51,555 nt of DNA from Octopus bimaculoides (GCF_001194135.2 NC_068982.1:99237656-99289210), one strand, 5' to 3'; positions 11,870 to 23,475 are shown, counted from the stretch's first letter. Made by a program: numbers and translations. The notes: generated from the letters alone by a model not told the origin.

Positions 11870-12115
11870 AAAAAACATTTCCATCTCAAACAGTTGAAAC
11901 CTGTATGTGATCTCTCAATCTGCTAGAACCAACCAAATCTCCCTGAATTACATGTTATTATCTTAAAATGAGAGAGACACATTGCATAATGTAATACAAA
12001 ATTCATGTCTGAATAAAATGTAGGAAGATCATGACTGCAAAACCTTTGTCATAACCCTGCTTGATTGGGGCTGACCTAGAGTTAAAGAACAGCAGCTGCA
12101 GCAACAACAACAACA
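11870..12115 (+). mobile_element. Dispersed SINE-like repeat (family E) with CAA tail
   Basis: Similar 3' ends occur at about 48170-48350 (+), 2740-2935 (-) and 40820-41010 (-). Confidence 0.45.
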
Positions 12116-12174
12116 ACACTTCTTTTGTTGATATACCCATTTATACTTACATTGCTTCACAAGATGTACTTCTG

Positions 12175-12400
12175 ATCATCATCATCATCATCATCATTTT
12201 TTAACGTCTGTTTTCAATACTAGCATGGGTTGGATGGTTTGACAGGAGCTGGCCAGCCAGAGAGCTGTCTGGACTCCAATTGTCTGTTGTGACATGGTTT
12301 CTATGGCTGGATGCCCGTCCTAACACCAATCATCCCACAGAGTGTGCTGCATGCTTTTTACATGCCACTGGCATGGGTGCATTTACACAGGTACCTGTAA
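12175..12400 (-). mobile_element. 3' end of the PHD-RTE LINE family with (GAT)n tail
   Basis: Same terminus as 26158-26340 (catcatcat..tttaacgtc..tagcatgggttgga). Confidence 0.85.
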
Positions 12401-13298
12401 AGGACAAGCCTGTATGTATGGATGACCATTCTTATCACTATCTATATTAGAAATCAATATACCTGTAAAACTTTTTAGAAATCACAAAGATCCTAGCACT
12501 TAGACTTGACTCTCATTTCTATAGTATAGAATAAAAGTAAAATTAATTTGTTTCTATATAGAATGGTGATCTATTGTTGGTAACTGTCCAAGAAGTGTCT
12601 GGTGCCTATTCTTCATTACTAGATATACTGGGGAAAGTAAAATAAGATATCTAACACAAAAAAGAATGATAAATGAGTGGAAATTGAACCAGTGGGTGTG
12701 TTAGATAATAAGGCAGTATGACTCTCCCCAGACTCTACAAAATATGTTTCAACACATGAATTCACATAAAGAATCTTGCAAACCAGATATGAAGTAAAAT
12801 AAGATAATTTTCTTAGAAACAATGAGGCAACTGCAGCAAGATTTGAACTCATTACTCATGAGCTGCCAACCTGATTTCCATATCTGTTCATCTCCTCATA
12901 CACTTTGCATATACAAATATTGCTAACAACTAACAAGTGAAAAACTTATTTCAAGGCAGCAGTCACTTGTTTTGTTACAAAGAGGTAGGGTTAGGAGTGG
13001 AATTTCTAGAGTTTCAGAAATGATAAGGCCAACAGATTTTTAATTGCCACAGTCAGTAAGTACAAAATTATACAATAAAAATGCAATTAGTTTTACACTA
13101 TCAGAATGTGGTTGAATCCTATACATCGAAACATTTTAGATTGTAAATAACCTATCTCTGAGCCTTGTAAACTTCTTTTAAATTTCTCCTTCAAGAAATT
13201 TTGCTACCATTTTTGTAATAAAAACTGGAATCAACCCTTTGCTTCTGACAGTTAACAAAACTCCTTTTGGTTTTGCACTCACAATGAATTGTTTTTCT

Positions 13299-13520
13299 TT
13301 AACTCTTTTGAAACTAAATCCAATGGAACTGCTCCTGGTTTTATGATAAAAACTTTGTTTTAAAGTTATCTAAATTAAACCCTGTCATCAAGATTTTGTG
13401 TTAATTTATGTTCCAAACATGATAGAGGTATTTTATGAAATTCTTCATTATTTTCCAAATAAACTGGAATAAAAACAATGTATTTCAATGAAAATATGGT
13501 AAAAAAAAAATGGGAGTTAG
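13299..13520. mobile_element. Family-D piggyBac-type MITE, degraded
   Basis: Begins ttaactcttttgaaac. The interior matches 8034-8249. Confidence 0.6.
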
Positions 13521-13605
13521 AAACATGGTGACAGAGCTACTGATAGTCAATACAGGAAAATAGCATTGCATTGCTGGAGGTGTGAATTTTTGTATTGGTT
13601 TATAG

Positions 13606-13666
13606 CATGATGGTGCTTGGCTGTTCCAGAACCTCAACCTTGTAATCACTTACAATCATGCCAAGA
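13606..13666 (+). CDS. Candidate internal exon of an unidentified host gene (HDGAWLFQNLNLVITYNHAK)
   Basis: Acceptor tttttgtattggtttatag| and consensus donor |gtaagt. 61 bp with only one open frame, in non-repeat sequence. Protein not recognised. Confidence 0.4.
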
Positions 13667-13767
13667 GTAAGTTTGCTTATCTTAAAAATTTTCTGAGGGG
13701 AACACTAATGCCCTCTGGTGCATAGTTCTTTCTTTCTTTATCTTTCTTTTTTCTTTATATTTTTATC

Positions 13768-13897
13768 TCCTACTTGTTTCAGCTGTTAAACTGTGGCCAT
13801 ATGGAGCAGTACCAAATTATGGGGGATATAAACAAACTGACACAGGTTGTCATATAGCAGTGTGTATGCGTGTGTGTGTGGGAGGTAACAAACCCAG

Positions 13898-13944
<47 letters not shown>

Positions 13945-14040
13945 NNNNNNNNNNCACACACACACACACGCACACACACACACACACACATCCACACACA
14001 CACATATACATGATAGGCTTCCACATACTTTCCGTGTAAC
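13768..14040 (-). mobile_element. Degraded family-A SINE with expanded CA
   Basis: Tail tacttgtttcagc..tgtggccat matches family A. Confidence 0.7.
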
Positions 14041-14328
14041 AATTTACTTAAATTGCTTTATCATACAGCTTTCTTCCTAGCAACTACAAGTCTCTCTCTC
14101 TTTCTCTCTTTCTCCCCCACTCACTAGTCACTATCATTGGCTTCCTTGTCCAAGTCTTTCAAGCAGATTATTCACCTGCTTCACCTGCTTTCTTATTGTT
14201 TTTTTTTTCTTATCATATATAACATTTTGTGTCTGGATCGTCTTGATTCATGTCTATGGAGGCACCTAATAATGTTTTAACCTTTATTTAATCTTTGTGA
14301 CCATATGATAATTTCCTAATTTGAATAG

Positions 14329-14382
14329 GGTGCCATTCTGTTGGCTAGCACTAAGACCCTGCAGTATCTCAACATGGTGAAG
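14329..14382 (+). CDS. Candidate exon (GAILLASTKTLQYLNMVK)
   Basis: Flanked by ttcctaatttgaatag| and AAG|gttaga. 54 bp, open in phase 0. Not phase-compatible with directly following 13606-13666. Confidence 0.28.
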
Positions 14383-14767
14383 GTTAGATATAATATGAAG
14401 ATATTCCAGGTATAGTTATTACATTCTGCTAGTCCCCTCCCCACTACTTCTTATTCTTTCTTTTTAATTATTTGTCCTTCTGACTTATTTCCTTCTCTTT
14501 GTTAGCTTCTCCTTCTATACTACTCTCTCCTTTCTCTCTCTCCCTCTTTCTATCATGCACACAACACACCACACCTGTGTGAAATGAAACCAGATAACAC
14601 AAATGCTTAATCTTCCTTCTTCAATTTATTGTTGTAAATCTTCCTATAGAATTATCTTTCCCCTAATTTTGAGATTAGTTAGGAAATACAATTATATATA
14701 AAGAAAAGGAAAAGAACAACTACAGAAAATTATGAATCCTCATTAGAATCGATCTAATGCTGTTTAA

Positions 14768-15208
14768 CCAGTTAGCATATTAATCAGCCGTATCTGGCCA
14801 AAATATTTTACCTGTTTTGATTTCAAACTGGCCTGATTTTCTCCACCTTTACAATGTCATTCTACAAAATTAACAGTTGCCTCATCAAAATCTCCTAGCT
14901 ACAAGATAATCTTTTCTACTCTAGGCACAAGGCCCAAAATCTTTGGGAAGGGGGCCAGTTGATTAGATTGACCCTACACAACTGGTACTTATTTTATCGA
15001 ACCTAAAGGATGAAAGGCAAAGTCGACTTTGGCAGAATTTGAACTCAGAACATAAAGACAGACGAAATACTGCTAAGCATTTTGCATGGCATGCTAATGT
15101 TTCTGCCAGCTCACCGCCTTCATAGCTACAAGATAATGTGTGATTAATTCAAAACAATGTGAATAAACAAGCATTACAATTTGACAGAATAATCCGAATG
15201 CTAAGGGG
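14768..15208. mobile_element. piggyBac-type MITE carrying a nested SINE
   Basis: Left end ttaa-ccagttagcat and right end aatgctaagggg-taa. Confidence 0.6.
14911..15122 (-). mobile_element. Family-C SINE
   Basis: 15-bp TSD tagctacaagataat at 14896-14910 and 15123-15137. Confidence 0.92.
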
Positions 15209-15319
15209 TAAAGGGCTTTGATTGGGCTGAAATTTCTCTCAATTCGTGTTGAACAAAGTAATCAGTAACTCCTTAAACCTCATTTTTTATGAGGGTTATG
15301 TTAACAATATTTCTTTTAT

Positions 15320-15838
15320 AGGTCACTTGTTTCAGTCATTAGATTGTGGTTATGCTGGGGTACTACCCTGAAGGGTTTTATGCAATCAACTTCACCCTAG
15401 TACTTATTTTTTTAGGTTTAATATTTATTCTACAGGTCTTTATGCTGAGTCACTAAGTTACAGGCACATGGTGGTGGTGTGACAAACATGGACACAAAGC
15501 ACACACACACATGCATGCGCACATGCACATGAACACAGACACAGACACAGACACATGCATACGCACGCACACACAGACACAGACACACACACAGACACAG
15601 ACACACACATGCACACACACACTCACACACACACAACGAGCTTCCACACACACAACGAGCTTCCACACACACAACGAGCTTCCACACACACACAACGAGC
15701 TTCCACACATTGTCTACTAAATTTACTCTCTAGGCATTGGTTGACCTGGGGTCATAGTGGAAAACGAAGGTGCTGCACAGTGGCCCCAAACCCATGCGGT
15801 TATAAAGTAAGCTTCTTAACCCCACAGGCATGCCTGCA
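15320..15838 (-). mobile_element. Family-A-like SINE with internal 4x tandem of acaacgagcttccac
   Basis: Homologous to family A. The tandem lies at 15633-15709. Confidence 0.78.
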
Positions 15839-16039
15839 TCTGTAGCAAAGGTTTGAGAAATTTGTGGATTATGGCTAAACTTAATGTTTGGTAAATTAAC
15901 GATGCCAATTTTACACCAACTTCTTTTATTCTCTTCTATCCAAGTAGTGTTGGATGAATATCAATAAAAAGAAAATAAAGAAAATAAATCAAAGTTCTGA
16001 CCTAAGTTACTGTGCTTTTAATATGGAGTATCCAATGCA

Positions 16040-16150
16040 GCGTATCAAAGAAAACATGGGTGAAACAAATTGAGGAAGACCTGAAGTTACAGCGCTTTGA
16101 CCTCCAGCATGCTAAGGTCAGCACTATAAGCATGAAATAACATCATCACC
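16040..16150 (+). pseudogene. LINE ORF2 C-terminal remnant
   Basis: Translates as SKKTWVKQIEEDLKL, resembling the RPxKTWxxxIxxDL motif of RTE-like LINEs. Confidence 0.5.
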
Positions 16151-16504
16151 AGAATCTATCATCCAGTGGCACCCACATCAGCATATTGGCTGAGAGCACA
16201 GCCTCCTCCTCTGGTCACCAGCAAAGGATTTACTGACTTACTTAATATGATAAATAAGTAATCAAAGAAAGTAATGTCCATTTGTTCATTTAACATCCAT
16301 AATTTCATGCTGTCATGGGATGGTTAAGGACTTATTTGAGGCAGAATTTTATGGTTGGTTGCTTTTCTTGTTGCTAACCCTTACATGTTTTTCAAGTAAA
16401 AGATTTCTTTCATTCTATAAGCCTTTAAAAGTACTGAACAACTGCTCATAATGTTAACAAAGAATGTAAGCATATCACTATTTTGCTCAAACAGAGACAA
16501 GCCA

Positions 16505-17165
16505 TGAAATATCAAAGGCGGTGCTCCAGCATGGCTGCAGTCAAATGACTGAAACAAGTAAAAGAGTAAAAGAGTATCTATGCTCATTTGTGTGCATGCA
16601 TCCCCATCCCTAACCCCACATCCCCACAAATACATAAACAGTAAGCTTCCTACAGTTTCCATTGCTCAGATTTACTGACATAACATTTATTGGCCTGGGA
16701 CTATAGTTGATGACACTTACACAAGTGCTGAGCTGTGAGACTGAACCTAAACACTATAGAGTTGTAAAATGAACTTAACTTCACAGCCATACCTGTAATT
16801 TTGGAATATCCATAATGACTAAACGAACTTATCCAGGAATGCCTTCAGCATGAAGAGTATCTATTTAGAGCAATTACATCTAAAATAATGAGAGAAAGAG
16901 GTATTCTGGTTATGATAACAATGAGTGACAAAATTTGATATCTTTTCTTTTATCTGTTTCAGTCATTAGACTGTGGTCTGCTGGTGCACCGCCTTGAAGA
17001 ACTTTTAGTCAAATGAATCACCCCCAGTACTTTTTCTTTTTTCAAGCTTGGTACTTATTCTATCAGTCTCTTTTTGCCAAACTGCTAAGTTACAGCAATG
17101 TAAACACACCAACACCAGTTGTCAAGCAGTGGTTGTGGGGACTAGTTGGCTGGCTGGCTGGCACA
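16505..17165. mobile_element. Cluster of family-A SINE fragments: + tail about 16520-16575, - 5' half 16600-16795, - 3' half 16945-17165
   Basis: Homologous to 17524-17935. Confidence 0.75.
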
Positions 17166-17174
17166 CACACACAC

Positions 17175-18035
17175 TTGCTTTGCCATTTGTATTTATGTTT
17201 TGTCATCCAAATAATTGGATGATTTAGCAATTTGCTAATGTGTATATATAAAATCAATATAAACAGCAGTTTAACTCTTATTTCTACATTGATGGAAATA
17301 AGAGTTAAACCACTCTAGTGCTGTAGTTAATACACATGAATGAAAACATATACACCAACAAGGACCATAATCATCTAGAAAGTACCAATTGCGAATTCTT
17401 AATACTAACACATTAGTTTCAACCATTTCTGATCAGTTAAGACCACTCGATTGTTTAGCTCTTTCCCTAGTCATATTTAGTGACATTTGTAATTTTCCTT
17501 TTTGGTGAAACATTGCAAACTGCTCTTTTTACTCTTTTACTCTTTTATTTGTTTCAGTCATTTGACTGCGGCCATGCTGGAGCACAGCCTTTAGTCGAGC
17601 AAATCGACCCCAGGACTTATTCTTTGTAAGCCTAGTACTTATTCTATCGGTCACTTTTGCCGAACCGCTAAGTTACGGGGACGTAAACACACCAGCATCG
17701 GTTGTCAAGCAATGCTAGAGGGACAAACACAGACACACAAAGACACACACACACATATATATACATATATACGACGGGCTTCTTTCAGTTTCCGTCTACC
17801 AAATCCACTCACAAGGCTTTGGTCGGCCCGAGGCTATAGTAGAAGACACTTGCCCAAGGTGCCACGCAGTGGGACTGAACCCGGAACCATGTGGTTGGTA
17901 AGCAAGCTACTTATCACACAGCTACTCCTGCGCCTATAACCGAAAGTTATATTAATTTTATATATACACATCAGTGAATTGCTAAATCATCTAATTATTT
18001 GGATGATGAAAACATAAATACTAATGGTGAAGCAA
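17175..18035. repeat. Inverted repeat pair of about 88 bp (fold-back/MITE-like)
   Basis: 17175-17262 is the reverse complement of 17947-18035 with scattered mismatches. Confidence 0.85.
17524..17935 (-). mobile_element. Family-A SINE, young near-consensus copy
   Basis: CpG-rich. The minus strand reads AGGCGCAGGAGTAGCTGTGTG..GGGTTCAGTCCC, centre CACCTTGGGCAAGTGTCTT, tail TGACTGAAACAAATAAAAGAGTAAAAGAG. Confidence 0.95.
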
Positions 18036-18057
18036 ACCTGGAGAGAGCCAAACAATT

Positions 18058-18627
18058 ATGAACAAGAGGAAGAAGAGGAAAATCAGATGGAGGAAGAGAA
18101 CGAGGAGCGTGAAGAAAATGTTAAAGAAACAGATAGAAAGCGTACATGGACTGAATTGCCACCAAAGAACCCCCCCCCCCAAAAAAAAGACTGAAAAGGG
18201 AAAGGAAACTGTAAATGATGAAGCTGGGAATCGAAACCAAGAAACAGAGCATGAAACAGAATTAAAAAGAAAGGTGAAGTGGGAGGAGTGGCAGAGTAAA
18301 ATAGCAGACAAGCAGTTTCAAGCAAGAGTAAATGGAAATATAGCTGGAAAAGTAGAATATAAAAATATCAGAACAGTGGTTTATTACAACAAGGATTTAG
18401 AGTTAGAGAAGACGATTGCAAGAATAAAAGGATTAGTAAAGGTTCAACTGGACCCTGAAATGTTTGATGAACAAGTGAAAGCTATATTGGTACAAGCACA
18501 CGTAATGAAGAAACTGCAACAAATACACCCGAATGATTTTACAGCAAGTGAATTATATGTGGGATATGACACCCTGCCAAATGTAGTAATGACAGAGGAG
18601 TTGTTGCCACTTATAATTATTGGATAA
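18058..18627 (+). pseudogene. Orphan ORF C-terminus: acidic N-part, one-base frameshift in the C11A8 run, then about 145 aa open
   Basis: One frame reads YEQEEEEENQMEEENEEREENVKETDRKRTWTELPPKNPP. It shifts at about 18170-18188 into PKKKTEKG..KWEEWQSK..VQLDPEMFDEQVKAIL..LLPLIIIG*. No RT, endonuclease or CCHC motifs. Confidence 0.7.
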
Positions 18628-18829
18628 TAATAATGATCATAAACTGTATAAGAGAACTGTTAAATGAAACTGCAAGTTTTGGGGGACTCGTAAACCATTT
18701 CATTATTTTATTGTAAGTAAACCATTTCATTCATCATTCGTTCTATGTACCCCATGTTTTGTATTGTATTGTCTGTCCTTGTAATGTCCCCCTCTATGTA
18801 GTGACCTTAGTGCCAAAATAAAGAGATAA
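18058..18829 (+). mobile_element. 5'-truncated retroposed insert with orphan ORF, 3'UTR and polyA signal
   Basis: Exact 14-bp TSD agagccaaacaatt at 18044-18057 and 18830-18843. AATAAA at 18817-22. Tail similar to 46765-46820 and 23427-23475. Confidence 0.88.
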
Positions 18830-19063
18830 AGAGCCAAACAATTGAGCAGTCTTAATTGATGGGGCAACAGAAATTACTGAAACTGACATGTCAGTATTAA
18901 GAATTCTCAATTAGGACTTTTTGGACAATTATGGTCCCTGTTAGTGTAAATGTTTTCATTCATGTGCATTAGAGTAGTTTAGCTCTTATTTCTAGCAATG
19001 TAGGTATTTCCTAACACCCTAGTTACATATGTATATATTTATGTGTGTATATATATATTTAGG

Positions 19064-19348
19064 AGCACTCCGTTGGTTATGGTGGCGAGGGTTCCAGCTG
19101 ATACAATCAACAGAACAGTTTGCTCGTGAAATTAACATGCAAGTGGCTGTACCCTTAACATAGTTCTCAGGGAGATTCAGTGTGACACAGAGTGTGACAA
19201 GGCCAGTCCTTTGAAATACAGGTACTACTCATTTTTGCCAGCTGAGTGGACTGGAGCAATGTGAAATAAAGTGTGTTGCTCAAGGACACAATGCGTCGCT
19301 GGGAATTGAACTCATGAGCCAAATGCCCTAACCACTAAGTTACATGCC
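19064..19348 (-). mobile_element. tRNA SINE sharing the family-X 3' tail but with a different centre
   Basis: The tail matches 3810-3955. The centre gtgtccttgagcaacacac..ttgctccagtccactcagctg matches 33490-33545. Confidence 0.85.
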
Positions 19349-19378
19349 CTCATATATATATATATATATATATATATA

Positions 19379-20090
19379 NNNNNNNNNNNNNNNNNNNNNN
19401 NNNNNNNNNNNNNNNNNNNNNNNNNNNNNNNNNNNNNNNNNNNNNNNNNNNNNNNNNNNNNNNNNNNNNNNNNNNNNNNNNNNNNNNNNNNNNNNNNNNN
19501 NNNNNNNNNNNNNNNNNNNNNNNNNNNNNNNNNNNNNNNNNNNNNNNNNNNNNNNNNNNNNNNNNNNNNNNNNNNNNNNNNNNNNNNNNNNNNNNNNNNN
19601 NNNNNNNNNNNNNNNNNNNNNNNNNNNNNNNNNNNNNNNNNNNNNNNNNNNNNNNNNNNNNNNNNNNNNNNNNNNNNNNNNNNNNNNNNNNNNNNNNNNN
19701 NNNNNNNNNNNNNNNNNNNNNNNNNNNNNNNNNNNNNNNNNNNNNNNNNNNNNNNNNNNNNNNNNNNNNNNNNNNNNNNNNNNNNNNNNNNNNNNNNNNN
19801 NNNNNNNNNNNNNNNNNNNNNNNNNNNNNNNNNNNNNNNNNNNNNNNNNNNNNNNNNNNNNNNNNNNNNNNNNNNNNNNNNNNNNNNNNNNNNNNNNNNN
19901 NNNNNNNNNNNNNNNNNNNNNNNNNNNNNNNNNNNNNNNNNNNNNNNNNNNNNNNNNNNNNNNNNNNNNNNNNNNNNNNNNNNNNNNNNNNNNNNNNNNN
20001 NNNNNNNNNNNNNNNNNNNNNNNNNNNNNNNNNNNNNNNNNNNNNNNNNNNNNNNNNNNNNNNNNNNNNNNNNNNNNNNNNNNNNNNNNN
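19379..20090. other. Assembly gap (one of many N runs)
   Basis: N run. Most gaps in the window abut (AT)n or (GT)n microsatellites. Confidence 1.
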
Positions 20091-20099
20091 TGATGGTTT

Positions 20100-20656
20100 T
20101 TATTTAGGCACATCGTAAAAGTAATTATAATGAATTGCTTAAGTATGTTTTTTCAAGCAAATACAATTAGAAAAAATATTTACCATTTCAAGTAATCACT
20201 AAAAACAAAGCTCACCAATTTTTGAATGAAATAATAATTTTATTCTTTTATTCTAAGTTGTAAATTTTGCCCAAGAAATAAAGCAAATAATCACCAAATG
20301 CATTGTTAAAAATCTGCAACTCGATAGCAAATATCTCCAAATTGATTAGAAATGCATAAATTTGATAATAATTTTTTTGAGATTCCGGTTCGAATGACAT
20401 GAATGTTTTTGTTTCACTTTTGACATGTAATACTTAAATAGTGGAGGAGATATGATGTTGCTGTGAGCTGGAAGTATGCAAGATGTTAAAGTTGTTCTTT
20501 GACTAAAACACAACCGAGACCCTAAGTAAGGCATGTGTAAAATTTGAATGAAATTGGTTGTGTAGTTCTGGAGTTTTAGGGATTCACACAGACACGCACA
20601 CACACACAGACACACAGACACACAGACATACATTCTCAATTTTATACATATGTAGA
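20100..20656 (-). mobile_element. Non-autonomous Helitron, 5' portion (3' end probably in the gap)
   Basis: The minus strand begins A|TCTACATATGTATAAAATTGAGAATGTATGTCTGTGTG, a typical animal Helitron 5' end followed by a microsatellite. Confidence 0.65.
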
Positions 20657-20984
20657 TAGTATATGATAAGAAGAAAATGGAGAGTTTTAACATATAAACA
20701 TCAATTTATTAATATATTGTCAATTTCTAGTTGCCTACAATTGTTTTCATATCCAACTCATTCAAATTACAAATTTATAAATTAAAATTGCATTTTGAAA
20801 ATAGTGAGTTAAATATTTCTTCCGGGCAAAAAATTAACACAAAGGAATTACATCTTAATTGTTCGAAGATTAGTGCCTATTAAGTAATACTGGACTCCTG
20901 AGTATTTCAATGATGTATAGGGTTAAACTACGGAAAATTGGATGCTAACATCTCTTTTAAGAGGACTCACAATAACACACACAC

Positions 20985-21150
20985 ACACACACGCTTCTTT
21001 CAGTTTTTGTCAACTAAATCCACTCACAAGGCTTTGGTCAGCCCAAGGTTATAGTATAAGACACTTGCCTGAGATGCCACCACACAGTGGGACTGAACCT
21101 GGAACCATGTGGTTGGGAAGCAAGCTCCTTGCAACACAGCCATGCCTGCA
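20985..21150 (-). mobile_element. Family-A SINE 5' half
   Basis: Homologous to 17780-17935. Confidence 0.88.
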
Positions 21151-23417
21151 CTGCTCGCTGTTGGATTCAATATACTGTGACACTTTCTAATAATGGTGGT
21201 TGGTTTGCAACAGTACAACTATAGGTAATTTAATATTTATATATCTAATGCATGTAAGGTTAAAAAGCTAATCAGAATTAATTTTAATGTGACAAAAAAG
21301 AATGTTCTCTGCATTTTATATGTTAACCCTAATGTATTGATTTTCATGCAGTTGACATCTATGAATTAATTTCTAAGCAATTCTAATTTCCTACTTCAAT
21401 AACTATACAATCTTTTACATTGATTTACTTTGTGATTCTTTCATCAGTACTTGAGTATGCTTCACCGATGAAGCCATAATAAAAGAGAAACATGTCTGGA
21501 ATTGTCTGCCATGCTTGCCCACTAAAATGGAAACAATATTAGTCATTGACTAATACTGTTTTTACCTCACTATACATTTATTTCTAGTAAGCTGTTTAAT
21601 TCTCCATGCATTAAATATGTTAACACTAGCTTGCCTACAATTATGATGTAATACACTGATACTGAAGGATTTATATCACTAGGTGAATCAACTATAACAT
21701 GTTTCTTTCCAAGATCTGACATAAATTCTTTAATAGCTCAGCCATCATTTATCATCATTATCACAGATGTACATCTTCACCAAGATCCCGTCATCAATCA
21801 CCAGCATACATACAAGTGCAAACAGTTCAGTTACTGTTTCTCATGCACCAAGATGTTTTATGTTCATTTATATTAAGTCTCTCAACTTCCTTTTCTAGCT
21901 GCCACAGGTAAGCAACTGCAGCTGTTCTTATTTCGCAACCATTAACCTCCAACATCTCAAGTCCTGTATTTATAATTTTCATAATAAATGTACCCCTGAT
22001 TTTAATTTCAACTGAAAGGTTACAATATGTCATGATCAATGTCACTCTTTTTTTTTAACGCAATTATAATAAAAGATGGGTATTTAATAGTTTATTGCAT
22101 TTTAGTTTTATTTTCTCCTATATTAAATGGGATTTCTGTATTCACTGTGGATTATAATATTAAATCTTCTAGGTCCTTGGTTGCAATAATGTCTCTAACT
22201 CCATTTGACCTTTTGTTCAATATTATGTATGTGAAACTTTTTGAATTGATATATCAATATCAATATGCTGATTCCCATTAGAAAGCTTCAAAATTTAATT
22301 TACTTTACTGTTAACTGAATGTTTAAGCGTGTTTTCTCTATATTGTGTTTGGGTGATAATTATTGGATTTTGTTTAAATATTAAAATGGCATCTATCCAG
22401 AATGGAGGCTATCGAGAACCTGCATATTCTAACAATCTGATTTTCAATGGAGAAACTGTAGGAAAATTTCTAAAGTTTCAGACCTGGATCTGTAAGCTTT
22501 TATTGAAAGGTTTAATGGGAAACAAGACCAAAACAAAGATATTAATTATGAGCAAACTTTAAAAAAAACCCAAAAAACATCAGAAAAGTAACTTATGCAG
22601 TAAGCTTGGAAGGAATTGGTAGAAGTAAGTAGAAGCTATGAATTCTGTAGCCAATAAACAACAGATACACGAAATTGCTGTAGAATATCCATCAAAATGT
22701 GACAGAAAAGCAAGAATTATATTAATTAGATGCATTGGCATAACAAACAGCAGGAATAGCCATCATATTCAAATGATGGTTGTTTAGAATGTTCTCTGAA
22801 ATAACAGATAAGTGCTGCAAACTAGTGCTGGAGGTGGAGCTTGTAATAAAATGATAGGTAGTATTTATGTGTAAGTGTTAAAGGATTCTCCCAACTCTCT
22901 CTGTATTAAAGTTTGTCTATACACGAAGACAGTACCACCCAACAATTACAGAATTTGTCTGGCATTAAAAATGAATGAGTTAAGTATGACTATGCAGTGT
23001 AAGCAATAATTTGATACTAAAGGTATTGGTTGATGCTTATGTAGGAGTTATGCTTGAGCTAGTATGGATATGTGATGTGAATGGATGTCATATGGTAGAT
23101 GAGAAGTGACATGAATTAGGATGGAAGACTCCTTTGGTGCAATAGATTAAATAGACTTATAACAAAGAAACAGTTGTTAATCAAGCCTAAAACAACTGCA
23201 CCTCAAAGGTGCAAAAACTCAGAGTGAGATGCATTGGAACACATGATACTGAATAGCTATCTAATAAAAACCAGGATTGAAAACAACATTGATGGTGATA
23301 TAACATACCACAAGATTTTGTGTTTCTAGAGAGCTGAGATCAGTTTAATTGTCAATTTTTGAGTTCTTAGTTGGTTTTCAGTTTCTTATCTGTTAAGAGC
23401 TGATAAACTAAATATGA

Positions 23418-23475
23418 GCTCTACATTGTATTTGTCCCATCTTCGTTGAGCCCTGTGTGGCTAATAAAAGAAATG
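23418..23475 (+). mobile_element. 58-bp extreme 3' fragment of the 18058-type/SINE tail
   Basis: Sequence ttgtcccatc..agccctgtgtggctaataaaagaaat with 9-bp TSD taaatatga at 23409-17 and 23476-84. Confidence 0.7.

Noticed and set aside
15633-15709. CRISPR-like repeat array (also 34225-34357)
   Set aside because: The sequence is eukaryotic, spacers are absent or only (CA)n, and there are no cas genes.
19340-20113. Long ORFs made of X, also at 38472, 39450 and 42850-43826
   Set aside because: They are assembly gaps with no sequence information.
21466-21500. ccGATGAAGcc...GAAAacatgtc hammerhead-like string
   Set aside because: Stem II cannot form and the core is too degenerate.
21827-22045. 72-aa minus ORF and nearby possibly ancient coding-like sequence (22620-23320)
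   Set aside because: No motif could be assigned. It may be very old LINE debris but is unsupported.
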